From Gonapodya sp. JEL0774 (lineage: Eukaryota), in assembly GCA_027604505.1 (NCBI GenBank), contig JADIIX010000030.1, positions 62,001 to 126,000 of the forward strand: 64,000 nucleotides of DNA, read 5' to 3'. Under the pieces are notes generated by a model, which was given only the letters and a program-made list of their open reading frames with translations, was not told the DNA's origin and ran no database searches. The position numbers and the translations under genes are program-made. Below are positions 1-13,034 of this stretch, piece after piece; position 1 is the stretch's first letter; the number at the start of each line of letters is the position of its first letter.

Positions 1-1329
1 AAAGGAGATGGGGCGATTGGCAGGGAAGGAAGCTACGGGAACTGGTGGTAACCAATATGTGGTTTCGAAGAGAAGTTCGTCGGTCGTTGGAAGGGCTGTC
101 GCGGCAGGTGTGAACTGCTTTTGGGGAACCAGAGAGTGAGAGCCTGGGGACGCATGTTTCCGCATGAGATGGGAATTGGGACTGACCCGGTGCGGCAGTG
201 TTGTAACACAAAATGCGACACTACAAATGTTTATCGACAAGTCTCTCTGGTCGATTTTGATCATAATTGAAATGATGAAACAAACTCTCTAGATACATTC
301 CAGCAGTTGTGGACGGACTGACAGGAACGCCACCTGAATGCCAATGTCGTTGAGACATTGTCGCTCTTTCTACTATTTCATTTGGCACTGTCTTGAAAAA
401 TGCGCGGAGTTACAAAGGTACATTGGAGAATACATAATAATGTATGATATGTATGTAAACGTTCAGGTTCATCATGAAGCCTGAAACCGGGCCTTCATCG
501 TAAATTCCCCTGAAACACCTAAGTTCATTTGAAAGGATCGGTGCGGTAAGATATGGAACTTTTGAACATTCGGTACGAGTGGAGAAGGAAGAAGCGAGAG
601 GGTGAAACCGAGGTGAGAGCGGGGAGAAAGCGGCAAAAGCAGAGAAGGACACATAGCGTCCAAGAAAGCAAAGACAGAGGCCAGGAGGACGAAAAGGCGC
701 AGAAAACGGGAACATGGAACGAAATCGCGCGCATTGTACGTTAGTGCCTCTTTTGGCTGGCCAGCCGGGAGATGAGGGACTTCAACCAAATTGGGAAAGT
801 TTTTTTCACTCAACCTGCGCGGGCATAGCGCAACGAAACTGTGCGGCTGAAGCTGAGAGGGAGGTGAAGTAGGTGGGAATCGGACGCAGTTGAGATTGTA
901 AAATGGTTGGAGAAGGAACTGAACAGGCATCTTGGACTGGAAGGACGGATATAAGCTCTCGGACTTGATGTGACCGACAAGAGAGAACACAGCAGCTATC
1001 GAAGAGCGATGATGGGATGGGTGACGGGACGATCGATGTGACTTAGGTGAAAATTGGGAGGGGGGGGTGTGGCTGGATGTCAAGGAACCGGAGAAAGAGA
1101 GGGGTAGAGGGGCAACCGAGCAACTCAAAATCCAAGAAAATGTGATTTAAATCGCTCCCGTGAGATGTGGCGCTGATTGCGGCATTCAGTCGAAGTTGGC
1201 TCCTCCACCAGTTCTCTCCGCGAGGATCGGAACACGGTATCAGTACCCAGCCAACCTTAATTCCACCTCTCTTCTCTGCAGACCGATTCTGCTCTTCCAG
1301 CACTCTTGGCTCCGCCCCCATCCGCAATC

Positions 1330-4300
1330 ATGTCCTCCTCTTCCTCTTCCTCCGCCTCACCGTCCCCAACTCCTTCTCTCTCATGCCAGTACCTTATGAC
1401 TACGTATGGCATCGTACCGTGTAATACGGGATGGGGTACACTTACGGATCCACAGTTAATGACATGGTGGGCCAATCACAATTGTGATGGTGGTGAGTGA
1501 TCAGTTATGGGGTGGGCACACAACAAGTGAAAAGACGCAGGAAGCATTCAATTCCATCAATTTACGTTTATGACAATGGAGGAATTGCAGGAGAAGGAGT
1601 GTTAAGATGTCTGTGACGGATTATGGACACCTCCGATGGAATCGCTTGGACTTCTCCAAGATCTCATCTGCTTGGTGTAATCTCGTGCCAACTGGGTGAA
1701 TGGCACGTGAAAGAGCATCACTGTGGATCGAATGGAAATATGAGTCGCGTGGGTCATACTGAAGCTCCGGATCATTTGAATGGTTCAGAGCGGTTCAAGC
1801 ATCATCATAGTCTTGCATATGCTACTGTTAGTGCGGTTATCAATTCGATGACTTGCGATCCTTCCAACTGTGGCTCTGGGCAGAAACGCGCGTGCATGGA
1901 AGAGACTAGAATGCTACAATCAGCAACAAACCAGTTGTCTTTCTCACAAATTGTATGTTCTGACTTTCTCTACTCACGTAGATTGTCCTGTTCCCGTCAC
2001 CACTACGGCTTCCTCCTCATCTGCTCCTTCGCCCCCAATGGTCACGAATGACCACTCCTCCTCGACGAACTCCGCAATCCCATCCACTGTCCAACCCAGA
2101 TCCTCCTCCACACCTTCCTCTCCTTCGGAACAAACGTCCGGTGCCACTGCATCCTCTCTAGCTCCAGGAACCTCCTATGCACCCGACTCACCTGCCACCT
2201 CCGTAGCACCACCGCCTTCCCAGCTTCCGTTAACTACAAGCAGGTCTCCGACTATGACGACTCAAGTTGTCTTGCTCACGTCAACTTATGTGACCGTCTC
2301 CACGCTCTCCGTCTCCATGTCTGTCGATGAGTCGGGAAATACTGTCACTGTCCTGAGATCGGTGCCAAATTTGCCGGTGGCCACTTCGACTATCGGCTCG
2401 GAAAGTGGTGCAATTGTGGAATCTGGTGGTTCTGATTCTGGATTGAAATCAAGTGCGGTTGTGGCACTCGTGGTGGGTTCTCTGCATGTCTCTGGTGTTC
2501 TCTGTTTGCGTGCCCGCTGACACGTTGTCCAGGCCGCACTCGCTTCTTTGGCTCTCTGCTGTGTTTTTTGCGGCATCCTTTTCCGGTACGTTCCATAGGC
2601 TTGAAATGACCCCGCCCCACCCCCCCACTGGTTTTGAGTCTGAAATCTGACTTTGTTGAAATTTCGCCCCTCGATACTCACACAGGAGCTACCGTAAACG
2701 CTATCCTCGCCACCCTCGAACCACCGCCTTCTCGAAATCCACATATACTGACCTTCCAGGTTTCTCCCCTACGTCACCGTCCAATAAGAAAAGTCCGATG
2801 CACACAGACTCCGCCGGTTCGGACAACCCAGGATACCTTGTTTGGCTTCTCAGGGTCATCCCCGAGGCGTTGCGCAGAAGTACGCCGAGCGGCAGAAGTT
2901 CACGACAGAAGGCACCCCGAAAGGGTGGCCCGCTTGGCCGAACTCCATCTGAACGCGCTCTCATGGAGTACATCCGCCGGAGACCTGAGCCAGAGATTGT
3001 AGTCGCTGCTGGAGCATTTGGGAACAGTGCTGGTGCCAGCTCCGCCAGCGTTGGCGGCTCGGGCTCTTTGAGGGAGTCCAGCTCATCTTCGCCGGTTCAA
3101 GAAATGAGTCAAATTCGATACCCCGAGCCGGCATTGGCATATCCAGGCTCCGTCGCTGCCTCGAGTGGGCAACATGCGGTCCCTCCGCAGTTCCAGATTC
3201 AATCTTTTTCAATGTCGAATCAGGGGTCGCCTAATCAAAGGCAATCTTTTCACCAAAAGCACCCATCACGTTCTTCGCACACATTACCCAACTCACGCCG
3301 CCATTCTCACCCGTACTCCCGCGCCACCTCTCCCCACTCCCTCGCTTCCCCCACATCGACCCTCTCAGATCCATCGCGTGCACCCGGCTCACCCACCACT
3401 GGCGCACAGACTGGTGCCACGTCAGCAGTTACTAGTGGTGAAACGGCCACGGGGAACTCGCCCACCGGGTCCAGGGACCGGTCGAGGAGCCCGGACGCTG
3501 TGTCGGAAACAGATGTGGCGTTGGTGAGGGCAGGTCGTCATGGACACATGGTCAAAGTTGTAGCAGAGGCAGGTGGGGGAGGTAGCGTGGTAGTTGGAAC
3601 AGAGAGGTCTATGGAAAGAGTAAAGAGCGGGAAAGGAGAGGTTGGGACTGCGCCAGGGTCGGCAAGGGTGCCCAAGAGGGGAAAGAGTAACCGATCGGGA
3701 AAGGAAGAATCGTCATATCAAACTTCTGAGCGCCTCGAAGCGTGGAGGAGGAGTTATGTGGCAGAGTTATCGATTTCGGCGACGCCAGCTGCCCCCCTGA
3801 TGCCTGGACAGAACCTTGCTGGCCACACTTCCGGGGGCACCATAGCTAGTGCTATCGTGAACTCTCCACCTGACTCTGGAGCCGTGGGTTCCACAGCTGG
3901 ATCCACCACGGAATCTTCTGTGCTCTCCGATGTATGGAGGTTGACCTACGAGGACTTTTCGAAGTTTGTGCCTTCGGGCAGCGAGAGGGAAGATCCACCT
4001 GGAGATGAGGCCGAGCAAAGATCTGGTAGAAAGAAGTCTGGAGGATCGGCAAAAAGAAAGAAGAGTGGGGATCGGAAGAACGGTGATGTGACAACGCCTA
4101 GTGGGAGGAAAAGTAGCAGGACTAGATCAAGTGGTGGGGAGAAAGACAAGGACAAGCGAATCAGTACTGCTAAGACCGATCGATGGGAGGATGGTGTGGT
4201 GGAGATGCGGCCTACCAGTGTTGGAGGGGTTTCCCTGGCTGCGCCCACACCAACCAAGGATCTCCAGAGACCTACGTCAGCCGCTGGTGGAGAACAAGCT

Positions 4301-5029
4301 ATCGATAAGAAACGGAAGTCTGGCGATAAGAGGAGGTCTGTGGTTGGTGGCGAGGAAGGAGGGGACAGAAGGAAGTCAGTGGGAGACGTGTTTGAAAGGG
4401 AAAGGCAGAAGAAATCTGTTGTTGTAGATGCAGAGGAAGACGTAAGGCGATCGACTGCACTCGAGAGTGGGGATCAGGATCGACCGCGGACACTTGAAAA
4501 TGCGAGTACTGACCGGAGAGTGTCAAGGGACAAAGCTAAATCGCCTGTGCAGGTGGAGGAACAGCGGCGATCGCTTGTGCTCGATGCAGCTCAGGACCGT
4601 TGGCGATCTGTAACGGGTGTTGATCAGTCCCAGCAACTGCGGCGGCAGTCGGTCGTTGCAGATCAGTCTGCGATGCGACGCCAATCCATAGCGCAGGGAA
4701 CGACAGACTCATGGCCCTCTGTGACCCCAACCGGGCTAGGAATGCCCGACATTTTGACTCTAGAGCTTTCAAAACTGGGCGGTCCATTTTCCGAAATAGC
4801 GCAGTTCGGACTCGGCGATGTCTCCGCCGTTCCTCAGTCGTGGCACTCTCAAGTAGGATTTGAAGATGCCGAATTGGGATATTCCGGTGCAGCTTCAGCA
4901 TTGTCTCCCGTGGTGGACGCAGCGGGGTCTGCGACGGAAGTGGGGGAAGCGAAGGGAATGGGACGACCTGCCAGGCCAAGGGGACCGAGACCAGCCCCCG
5001 AGGTGCGATCAGGAGGTGCAGCTGCTTAG
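1330..5029 (+). CDS. Single-pass membrane protein with Mid2/Wsc-like layout: small Cys/Trp module, Ser/Thr/Pro-rich stalk, TM helix, long disordered cytoplasmic tail
   Basis: Hand-spliced. Exon 1 MSSS...SCQYLMTTYGIVPCNTGWGTLTDPQLMTWWANHNCDG|gtgagt joins via cgtag|at to an S/T-rich exon. The TM SAVVALV-AALASLALCCVFCGILFR is split by an intron, then cacacag|RSYRKRY... runs in frame into ORF 2798-5029. Start codon uncertain; no clear signal peptide. Confidence 0.6.
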
Positions 5030-5400
5030 TGGAGAGAACTTCGAGAGACGGAATAAAATTTTATTCAATTCTGTCCCGCAGAACGGGATAGATGGTATAT
5101 CAGCTTAACTTCATTGCTACACTATATCCGCACATTATGTATGCATATTGCGCTCATGTACCACTCTTTGCATTTGGATCGAGCAAAGACTGAATGCTTG
5201 TAGTAAAGACTGGCCCATAGCAGAGACCCATACAGGCAACCTGTGCCTCGATGTTGTGCGATCACAAAACTCATTGAGAGAAATAGTGACCGTCGTGATT
5301 CTAATCTTCCGGTCGTTTTAAATAATACTGGTTGAATTTGTACTGATCATTACAAGAAAATATTACGGGCTTCAGTTTGACATCGTCATACTCTTCCATT

Positions 5401-7565
5401 TCAGACACTAGTTGCCTTTGGATCCACCACGACTTCAGGGGTCTCAACATTCTCCAAATGCTTCTTCTCATCCTCGAGATCGTCCGCATCTCCCGCAAGG
5501 GTGCTCGCATCGTCATCCCATCCTGGCTCACGGAACCTTCCTTCCCACTTCGCCATCACGTAGCAAGCAAACATATTACCAGCTTTTAAACAATGAGATC
5601 AGTGGTTGCTGTTGCTCCGTAAACAGAGCTAATATGGTCTAGGGAGTCAACTCACTGAGATTGACCGCGGTTCGCGCCATGTCCATGATCTCATCAACGC
5701 CAAGGATTACAGTTACAGCTTCGGCGGGGATGCCGAATCCGGGAAGAGCTCCCGCTAAAATTACAAGGCTGGAGTGAAGTTACGTGGGATCTGTCTCAGT
5801 ACGTGTTTGGCTGCATAACAGAAATCCATCTTGGGGCTACTCACGAGGCGCGGGGTACCCCAGCGATACCCTTGGAGCTCAGATAAAGTACAAACATATT
5901 CGAGATCTGCGTTTTGAGATCCAATGACACCTTGGCAGCCTGCGCAGAAAACAACATTGCTGTCGCAAGGTACATGGTTGTACCGTCAAGGTTGAAAGAG
6001 TATCCGAGGGGAATGACTAGTCCAACTAGATTAAACACGAAAAGAATGGTCCATAAAGAATGATTCAGAAGAGCCAGGAGGCAGAAGAGCCAGAGCCAGA
6101 TTCAAAACCTCACCAATATCCTTCGGGACACCAAATGCGACCATATTCTCGATTGCCCGGGCAAGAGCAGCATCGGATGAAGCGGTTGAGAACGCAATAA
6201 CCAATGGTTCCCAAAGGGCCCTTCCAAACTCGCGGAAAGGTAATCTGGTGACGAGAGCAATAGGCAACAGAACGACCAGAAGGAACCTGAAGGAAAGTGA
6301 CGTTGACAAGCAGGGTCAAAAAATGAGATATTTCCGTGGAAATGCAAACCCTTACGTGGCTAAGCCTATGTAGACCGTGCCGATAAGTTTTCCCAAGGCA
6401 ACAAGGGTGTTACCGCCGTTATCAGCGACAGCTGACGCAAGGGCTCCAAAAATTGCGAAGGGGACAAATCGCATGATGAGGTTGATGTACACGAACTATG
6501 TAAAACACATTTGCAGAGGGAGAGATGATTCAAAAAGATTGGTTGGTCAAGTCTGATCAGCGCCTCTCACCATTGCTTTCAAAGCTCCGTCGAAGAACCC
6601 AACAACCGTTTTCTTTGCAGCTTTCTCCTTGACCAGAGCAACGGAGATCCCAAACATAAGCGCTAGAGACGCGATGAGAAGCGGTTGAAACCGGACTATT
6701 GATATTTTGACTGAACGTTTCTCACCAGCAAAAGTAACCTGAAGAGAGTTGTTGTTGAACCCGGCAATGAAAATACTCTCTGGGATCGTATTACGGATTA
6801 GCTTCTCCAAACTGAGAGTTGTTCCAGCATCAGGCGCTTTAGCTTTCGATAAGTCGATCTGTTTCACAACAAATCAGCTCTCAATATCGATCCTGACAGA
6901 TATACTACATGAATGGCTGCAACATACGCCGTCACCGGGATGGAAGATATTGCCCCAAATCAGTCCGATGAATATGGCGATGATAGTGATGATCTGCGTG
7001 AAGATATTAGACGCATTGGACAAATGAAACGTGAAACATTGTTGTTGTTGACATACTATGAAGTAGATGATGGACTTAATCCCGACGCGTGCCAGAGCTC
7101 CCATGTCTTCTGTATGACCAGCCTGAGCACGAGGACATGGATGAGGGTGTTACTGCATCGACTTCCAAACCGGCGCATTTTGGCGTACAGGGAGAAGTTT
7201 ACTCACAATCCCAACAACCAACAAACAGAAGATTAGTGGAACTATCGCCAACTTTACGAGCGGTAAAAAGATTGCACTCGACAAAAGTTTAAGGTATTGT
7301 TGAGAGAAGGACGGGGTGACGAAACCAAACTGCATTTTGATACGTCACTTAGAGCGGCGCTTAAGCTGGTGAAGTGAAAAACCACGCACTCACCATGATA
7401 GCAAAAGCAGTAGCAATCAAAATCCACCATAGCTGCTCTTGCAAGTTCGGTGTTCAAATCATCCGAGAACCCACCGCAGAGAGAGAGCGGACTGACCTGG
7501 TGAAGGTTCCATAAGAGGAGTACAGGCTTCTTTATGAAGTCCGGGATTACAATCTTGGACGCCAT
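5401..7565 (-). CDS. Dicarboxylate/amino acid:cation symporter (DAACS/SDF family, GltP/DctA-like), multi-exon
   Basis: Family motifs across exons: [102 protein letters not shown]. Stop TGA at 5401-5403. Confidence 0.9.
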
Positions 7566-8656
7566 GCTGGAGCTTTGGAGGAAAACTTGTCCCAGAAAAC
7601 TCTGCGAAACTGAAGACGGAGACTGAACCTTATAAAATGAAAGGGTCCGCCTCCCTTTCTGCCCTTAGTTTGGCCCCGCCGATAAACAAATCGATCGATG
7701 ATAACAGAACCTCCTCTTGCAATGAATAACCAAATCCATATTACTTGTGCAAAAAGATTATGTTGAAAATTCGTGTCTGACTCAAATAACCTCCTCCTAC
7801 CCGGTCAACTAATCCCTTCTGATGCAGTCAATCAACGCTCAGTTGTTGCCATATTCGTTTTTTTCGGTTACATTTCGATCAACGCCACGATACGTATTAC
7901 AACGGTACGCATTCGTTTCCCGGACCAGTAAATCTACAAGAATGTGCCGCATGTACATTATAGCGTAATTATGTGCGGATCCCAGCAACGCCTCTTTGTT
8001 GGCTGTCGTCGCCCTTAGCACGAACGGTTCTCACAAGCTCCTCAATTTTATCCTATATGTAATATTTATTCAATGTCATCCAGCGCCGAGCACCGGTGGG
8101 TTCTGGACATTCTGTTTTTTGATCGCTCCGCATTTCATCACACACCAGAAAGAACTGCGCTTTATTGACATTAGAGCCGAGAGGTGCGTGCACCTCTGAA
8201 TAAGAAAAAGAGTTAAGTTGTGCCAAGCTGGTGCTGGTGCGAGACGTTTTTTTTATATTGATACGTAATTCGTAAATGTAAAGGGGATTGGCGCTAAAAC
8301 TCTAGTCTAGCGCAAATCGAAGAACGAGCACATATTCGCTCCTACACTACAATCCAACAGAAGGAGACACTTGGGGTCAAGTTGGGGCTCTTGTGGATAG
8401 GGTGCGATTACTATTTGAGAATTTTGAGAAACGCACGAGAGATGGGATTATTCCAAATCATACTCGGCGGTGGTCTTCCCGTCGTCGAAACGCCCTGCCA
8501 TTCCTGTGCGTAGTCGCCCCTTCACTCTCTCGCCTCCCCCGCTCAGGCTCGCAATGATTTCATTCAGCAATATAGTACACAAAACGCACATGGTGACAAG
8601 ATTGACCCCCAGCACGAACATGACCCGTCCACCTGCAGTAGTCCTCATAAACTTCC

Positions 8657-10146
8657 TTAATTGCGCACAATTCTATGAATCTTGGATTTAGTAAGCATCT
8701 CCCTCAACGATAAGCCCGAAGACGAAGTCGGTGCTGGTTTGGGTTTTCCTTTGGGTTTATTCTGAAGAGAGAACAATGGTTTTTGGGATACCCCAACGTC
8801 GTCCAAGTGTGACGAAGAAGAAGGTTTGCGTTGATGAGATATCAATGATGTGGGAATGGGGTCTGATTCCGATGGTTCCGGGTGCAGGTTGGGTGTCAAA
8901 AAATGAGTTGAACTGGTGAAATTCTTTGGGGGGCCGGGAGGCGGAGCATTTCTGACAGAAATCTTCGTAGGTGTAAGGGACTGTGATAAGTCCGATCCCA
9001 CCACGGTGCCAGTGTTGTTGAGCGACGCCGCTAGTGACGTAAGGCGAACAGAACGGTGATGGGACCAATAAAGAAGTTGAAGATTTCACCCAGTAATACC
9101 ACAAGATTCTTACTTAAGCTTCCTCTGTGGGTCTCCAATCCATTTCCGCCGGGATCTGTAACTCCCACCGAGAGGGTTGCGCCAGCCAATCCTACCTCAC
9201 CTGCCGCCCTCTTCTCCTCTAGTGTCCAAGTTGATCTGTCTTTCCCTTCCAACCCTTTGAGCAGGCGTGCACGTCGCTTGTCCACCTTTGCTGAGGCCCG
9301 CTGTTCGGGTGTTTTGGTTTCACGAGTCGAAGATGGCTTGGTAGCTGCGCGATGCGCAATTTTCAAACAACGCTTGCGATACTTCAGCGCACCAAGTAGT
9401 TCGGGATTTGGGGAGTCACAAGGGAAGACCGTTCGGGAGTGGCAAATGTGGCAGGTATAGTGAATTGTGCGGTGGGAAGGAGGGGCCGTGGAGGTGTTTA
9501 CGGAGTCCGATGAGGAAACTTGTGACGAAGGAGGTGCAAATATAATGCGCGGTGCAGCAGACGGATGAGGAGGAGCATCGTGGTGCTGCTTTTGAGTGTA
9601 AGCCCGCGCGGATCCTTGAAAGTTGGCGGTAAACGCATGCGACATTCCCTCCAGGCTTTCAAAAGCTTGCCGTCTGGATGAATGTTCGTCCCGATAAACA
9701 GAGTCCTGGGCCAGTGAGTCGTCCATCGTTCGGACAGCTGTCCCGCCAATTGTGGCCCGCTCGATTCCACGATCACTGCCATTCGATGACGCCCTCAAAC
9801 CCATGCTGGTGCCTCGCCGTTTCAAGGCACGTTCTGATTTGCGAATGACATTGTCGGCAGAAAAGTCACGGCAAGTTGTTCGCCTACAATGACGACCATT
9901 CTGTCTTCTATGTGATCCCACCACAACCGAGCAGTTAATACCCGGTAGCCAGATATTCCCACAGCGAGTGCAAATACGCTTATATATGGAGTCTGGGATC
10001 AAACTGTCATTTTGTTGGGCAGTGGCCAAGAGACGAAGAACACAATGTCGGGAGAGGGATGGCGATGTTGAAAGGAGCGCATGCGCTGTCGAGAACAGGT
10101 GTGCGACATTTGCTTTTTGGACAGTATTGGAGAGGATGGTGTCCAT
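8657..10146 (-). CDS. RNase P/MRP subunit, Rpr2/Rpp21/Snm1 family (zinc ribbon) with long insertions
   Basis: MDTIL...HLFSTAHALL...SLSRHCV...KRICTRCGNIWLPGINCSV and a distal YTCHIC form two CxxC pairs. Intron 9031-9200 (gcag|gtgagg...cactag|) joins in frame to ORF 8657-9004, which ends GLSLREMLTKSK... Confidence 0.75.
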
Positions 10147-10273
10147 TCTGTCAGACCACTGCACAAGCAAGTGAGGTCCAACACATGAAAGGGTGACAGT
10201 TTCTCCGTCGGCAAAATCAAAGCCACTCAATCCCGCTCCTTCCGTATTTTGAACCAACTGTGCACTTGCTTGG

Positions 10274-13034
10274 ATGCCTCTACCATCAGTGCGGCATCGC
10301 AGGGGGAGTGATGTCAGCGGAATCACCGGCGTGAGCGACTCTGGCTCAACGTTTGCCATTCCTTTGTCCTTTAGCGTTGTTCCCATCCCGAGCAATTCCT
10401 TGGTGAAAGGGAAAGCGTCATTGACTTGGAGTAATGTGATATTCTCACTTAAAGATAAAAAGTCTGGCTTGGTTAAACCGGTCTTGAATCGCGTCAGTGG
10501 GGCGATGTGCAGTGGTGGGTAAGATGAAGTCAGCCATGAATCACGCTTGTGGGTCAATATGTATCGAACAAATTGTGATCGTTGCTCTTTCTCTTCTAGG
10601 TGAACTGTTAGCAGTTTTGGGTGGATCAGGCGCAGGGGTTAGTTTTAACTTCTAAGCCGGTGCTTGGCAATTGCTGACTTCCTGGGTTTCTGTAGAAAAC
10701 CACGCTCATGAACATTTTATGCGGTCGATACTCTGAAGGCGAACTCCAGGGAGAGATATCTCTTGCTGGGAAGCCGCGTCCCCGCACGTGGCCTCACATA
10801 TACGGATTCGGTATGTTAGTCACGACGAAATGACGGCTCTCGTGCCACCAACAGGACCCGCATACACACATGATTAGTTGAACAGCACGACACCTTTTTC
10901 GGTGAATTGACTGTCGAAGAAACCTTGTCCTACTCCTCTACATTTCTTTTGAAAACTGCGTCTGACAAGGAAAAGCGGGCGCGTGTTCAGGAAGTTCTTG
11001 AGCAGGTGACAACCTGTCTCGAAATTGTTCTTTTGGCGCTTTCGGTAATGGGTTCAATTTGAAGCTGGGCCTCATGTCATGCCGCCATAACCAGGTGGGA
11101 AATCCGTTGAAACTGATTCCTTCAATTTCGACTGGCGAGAAAAAGCGGCTTTCAATTGCCGTGCAACTTCTTGCTGGGAAATGCATCCTTTTCTTCGATG
11201 AGCCAACAAGTGGCCTTGACAGCTTCACTGCTCTGAGCACTGTGGAGTACATTCAATCAATCAAGAAGGAACGAATGCTCATGATCTCGATCCATCAACC
11301 GCGCGAAAACATTCTCGAACTCTTTGATAAGATTATGATTATGAGTACTGGGCATGTGGTCTTTCACGGGACAGTTCATGAGGCTTGGGATCACTTCGCT
11401 AGAGTCGGTTTCCCGGTACCATCAACCGGAGTGAATCCCGCCGACCACTTTCTGGACCTCTCGACTGCAGATTCACGATCCGAATCCAGTCGGGTGACTA
11501 GCAATGCACGAATAACGCTGTTGCAAGACGAATGGCAGAAACAAATGGATGCACAGTTACCGTCGTCTGCCTGGGCGTCCCAAGCAACCATTTCATTTGA
11601 TGACAAAATCACTACGAACTTTCAACTATCTATTTTTGGGGAATACCTGGAACTTAGTAAAATTGCGTGGAAGGTTGCTAGTCGTGACAAACTAGCTATT
11701 TTGGCGACTGGTGAGGTTTTGGGTAGTCTTCATTTGAAATTGTTTAGCGCGTCTCACACTTCATTCATGTCTATCTAAGGCATTATTTCCCTGACTATTG
11801 TCATTTTGTGCTCCTTGATATTTTGGAGGATCGACAAAGGAAGTTTGGACGGGATCATCTCGTTGTAGGCAAAAGCGCAATGAGGTCCTCTAGTTTTTGT
11901 TCCCCAGGACTTTCATCGATCATGCTTTCCTATTTCAGACTGGGATTTCTACAAATCTATCAGCTCTCTAACGGTGTCCCCACGATCTTTACTGCGATTG
12001 CCCAGACTGGGGCGATGAAGCCCATTTTTATCCGCGAACGAAGTGCGACCCCACCCTTACCGTTCTCCACACTCTTCACTTATTGATTAACTCATGTTTT
12101 TTTGTTCATCATCGAAGCCGCTTCAATGTACAGTGAGTAGGTTGCCCGACAATTGCTTTTTCGTCGATCCAACAGGAGATGTGCATGTTCGTAGGAAGTT
12201 TTTCGTTGTACCTCGCTCGAGTTACAAGCTTGGCATTGTTCCACTTTACTTTCCTCCTGCTCGAGGGATTGATACTGTGGGGAACAGTTGGTCTCGCAAA
12301 TCCTGCTTTGTTCATTCTAGGAATGCTTGGATCCAAGTGGGTTTGAAGAGGACCCAGTGTATGTCGTATGGGAGCTCATCGTCATTCGTGTCAGCTTATT
12401 CTGGGTCTGCCTCGGGGTGTCATTTTGTGAGGATGTTGTGTGCGTGTGCATTTGTCCTGGGATCATACCAATCCATTCGTGCGCTGCAGCGTGTGTAGCG
12501 CCAGACCTTGCTCTTTCCCGAGCTTTAGGAGTCCTTGCTGTGTTCAGCTGCTCGACATTCAGTGGTTATTACTCTTCTGCTAATAAACTGGTACCGTGGA
12601 TGAAGTTCATCGACCCTTTGCATTATGCTGTGATTAGCTCGGGCGGCAGCTGTTGGAAGTAACTCTTGATAACACAGTTCCATTTTGCCTCCCGCAGATT
12701 TGTCAATTGGGTCAGTCAGAGTTTGGTGAAGATTTCCCCCCTCCACTCGCAGTCGACAATTTTGTGTTGATCTTCAATTCTAAAATGTGTACATTTAGTT
12801 CCTATTGTAAGTGTCTTTTCTGGCTATTGTCTGCTCAAATGAGTGAACCGGCAAGCGCTAATGCCACATCTCAGGGGCAAACTTTGGTATGGTGACTATG
12901 TTTACTTGCTCCACTGTGGTACGCTCTCTATCAGTTTTCCGAGTATTGTCTTGAGAATAACATGCATACCTTCACAGATTCTAGGAGTGTGGGCGATGAA
13001 TTATGGGACACAATTAAAGCATCGTACTCATTGA
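10274..13034 (+). CDS. ABCG (White-like) half transporter, NBD followed by TMD, multi-exon
   Basis: LTWSNV...VLNRVSG; Walker A GGSGAG|KTTL split by an intron; VEQHD...LTVEETL; signature ISTGEKKRLSIA; Walker B FFDEPTSGLDS; SIHQPR; NPADHFLD; hydrophobic exons including FIRER and PWMKFIDPLHYA. 3' end approximate. Confidence 0.9.

Noticed and set aside
1..1300. Several ORFs of 60-218 aa at the window start
   Set aside because: Low-complexity purine/pyrimidine-skewed sequence typical of UTR or promoter; possibly the 5' region of a minus-strand gene outside the window.
1840..1890. Possible selenoprotein signal (SECIS-like ATGA...AA...GA)
   Set aside because: Spacing and stem are poor and it lies in an intron. 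No reconstructed gene needed an in-frame TGA; apparent stops were explained by introns.
7800..8050. Small hairpins in the long intergenic region upstream of the DAACS gene
   Set aside because: Short imperfect stems with no tRNA, snRNA or terminal-repeat signature.
8448..8660. 66-aa hydrophobic ORF starting 8 nt after the Rpr2-like stop and preceded by AGGA (operon-like look)
   Set aside because: Eukaryotic intron-rich context, no recognisable motif, and a 4-nt Shine-Dalgarno-like match is expected by chance; probably 3' UTR.
10147..10557. N-terminal extension of the 508-aa minus-strand ORF
   Set aside because: It overlaps ABCG exon 1 on the other strand, and Rpr2-like similarity begins only at the Met at 10146.
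11125..11150. ABC signature ISTGE instead of LSGGE
   Set aside because: Single substitution with Walker A/B and H-loop intact; within the variation seen in ABCG proteins.
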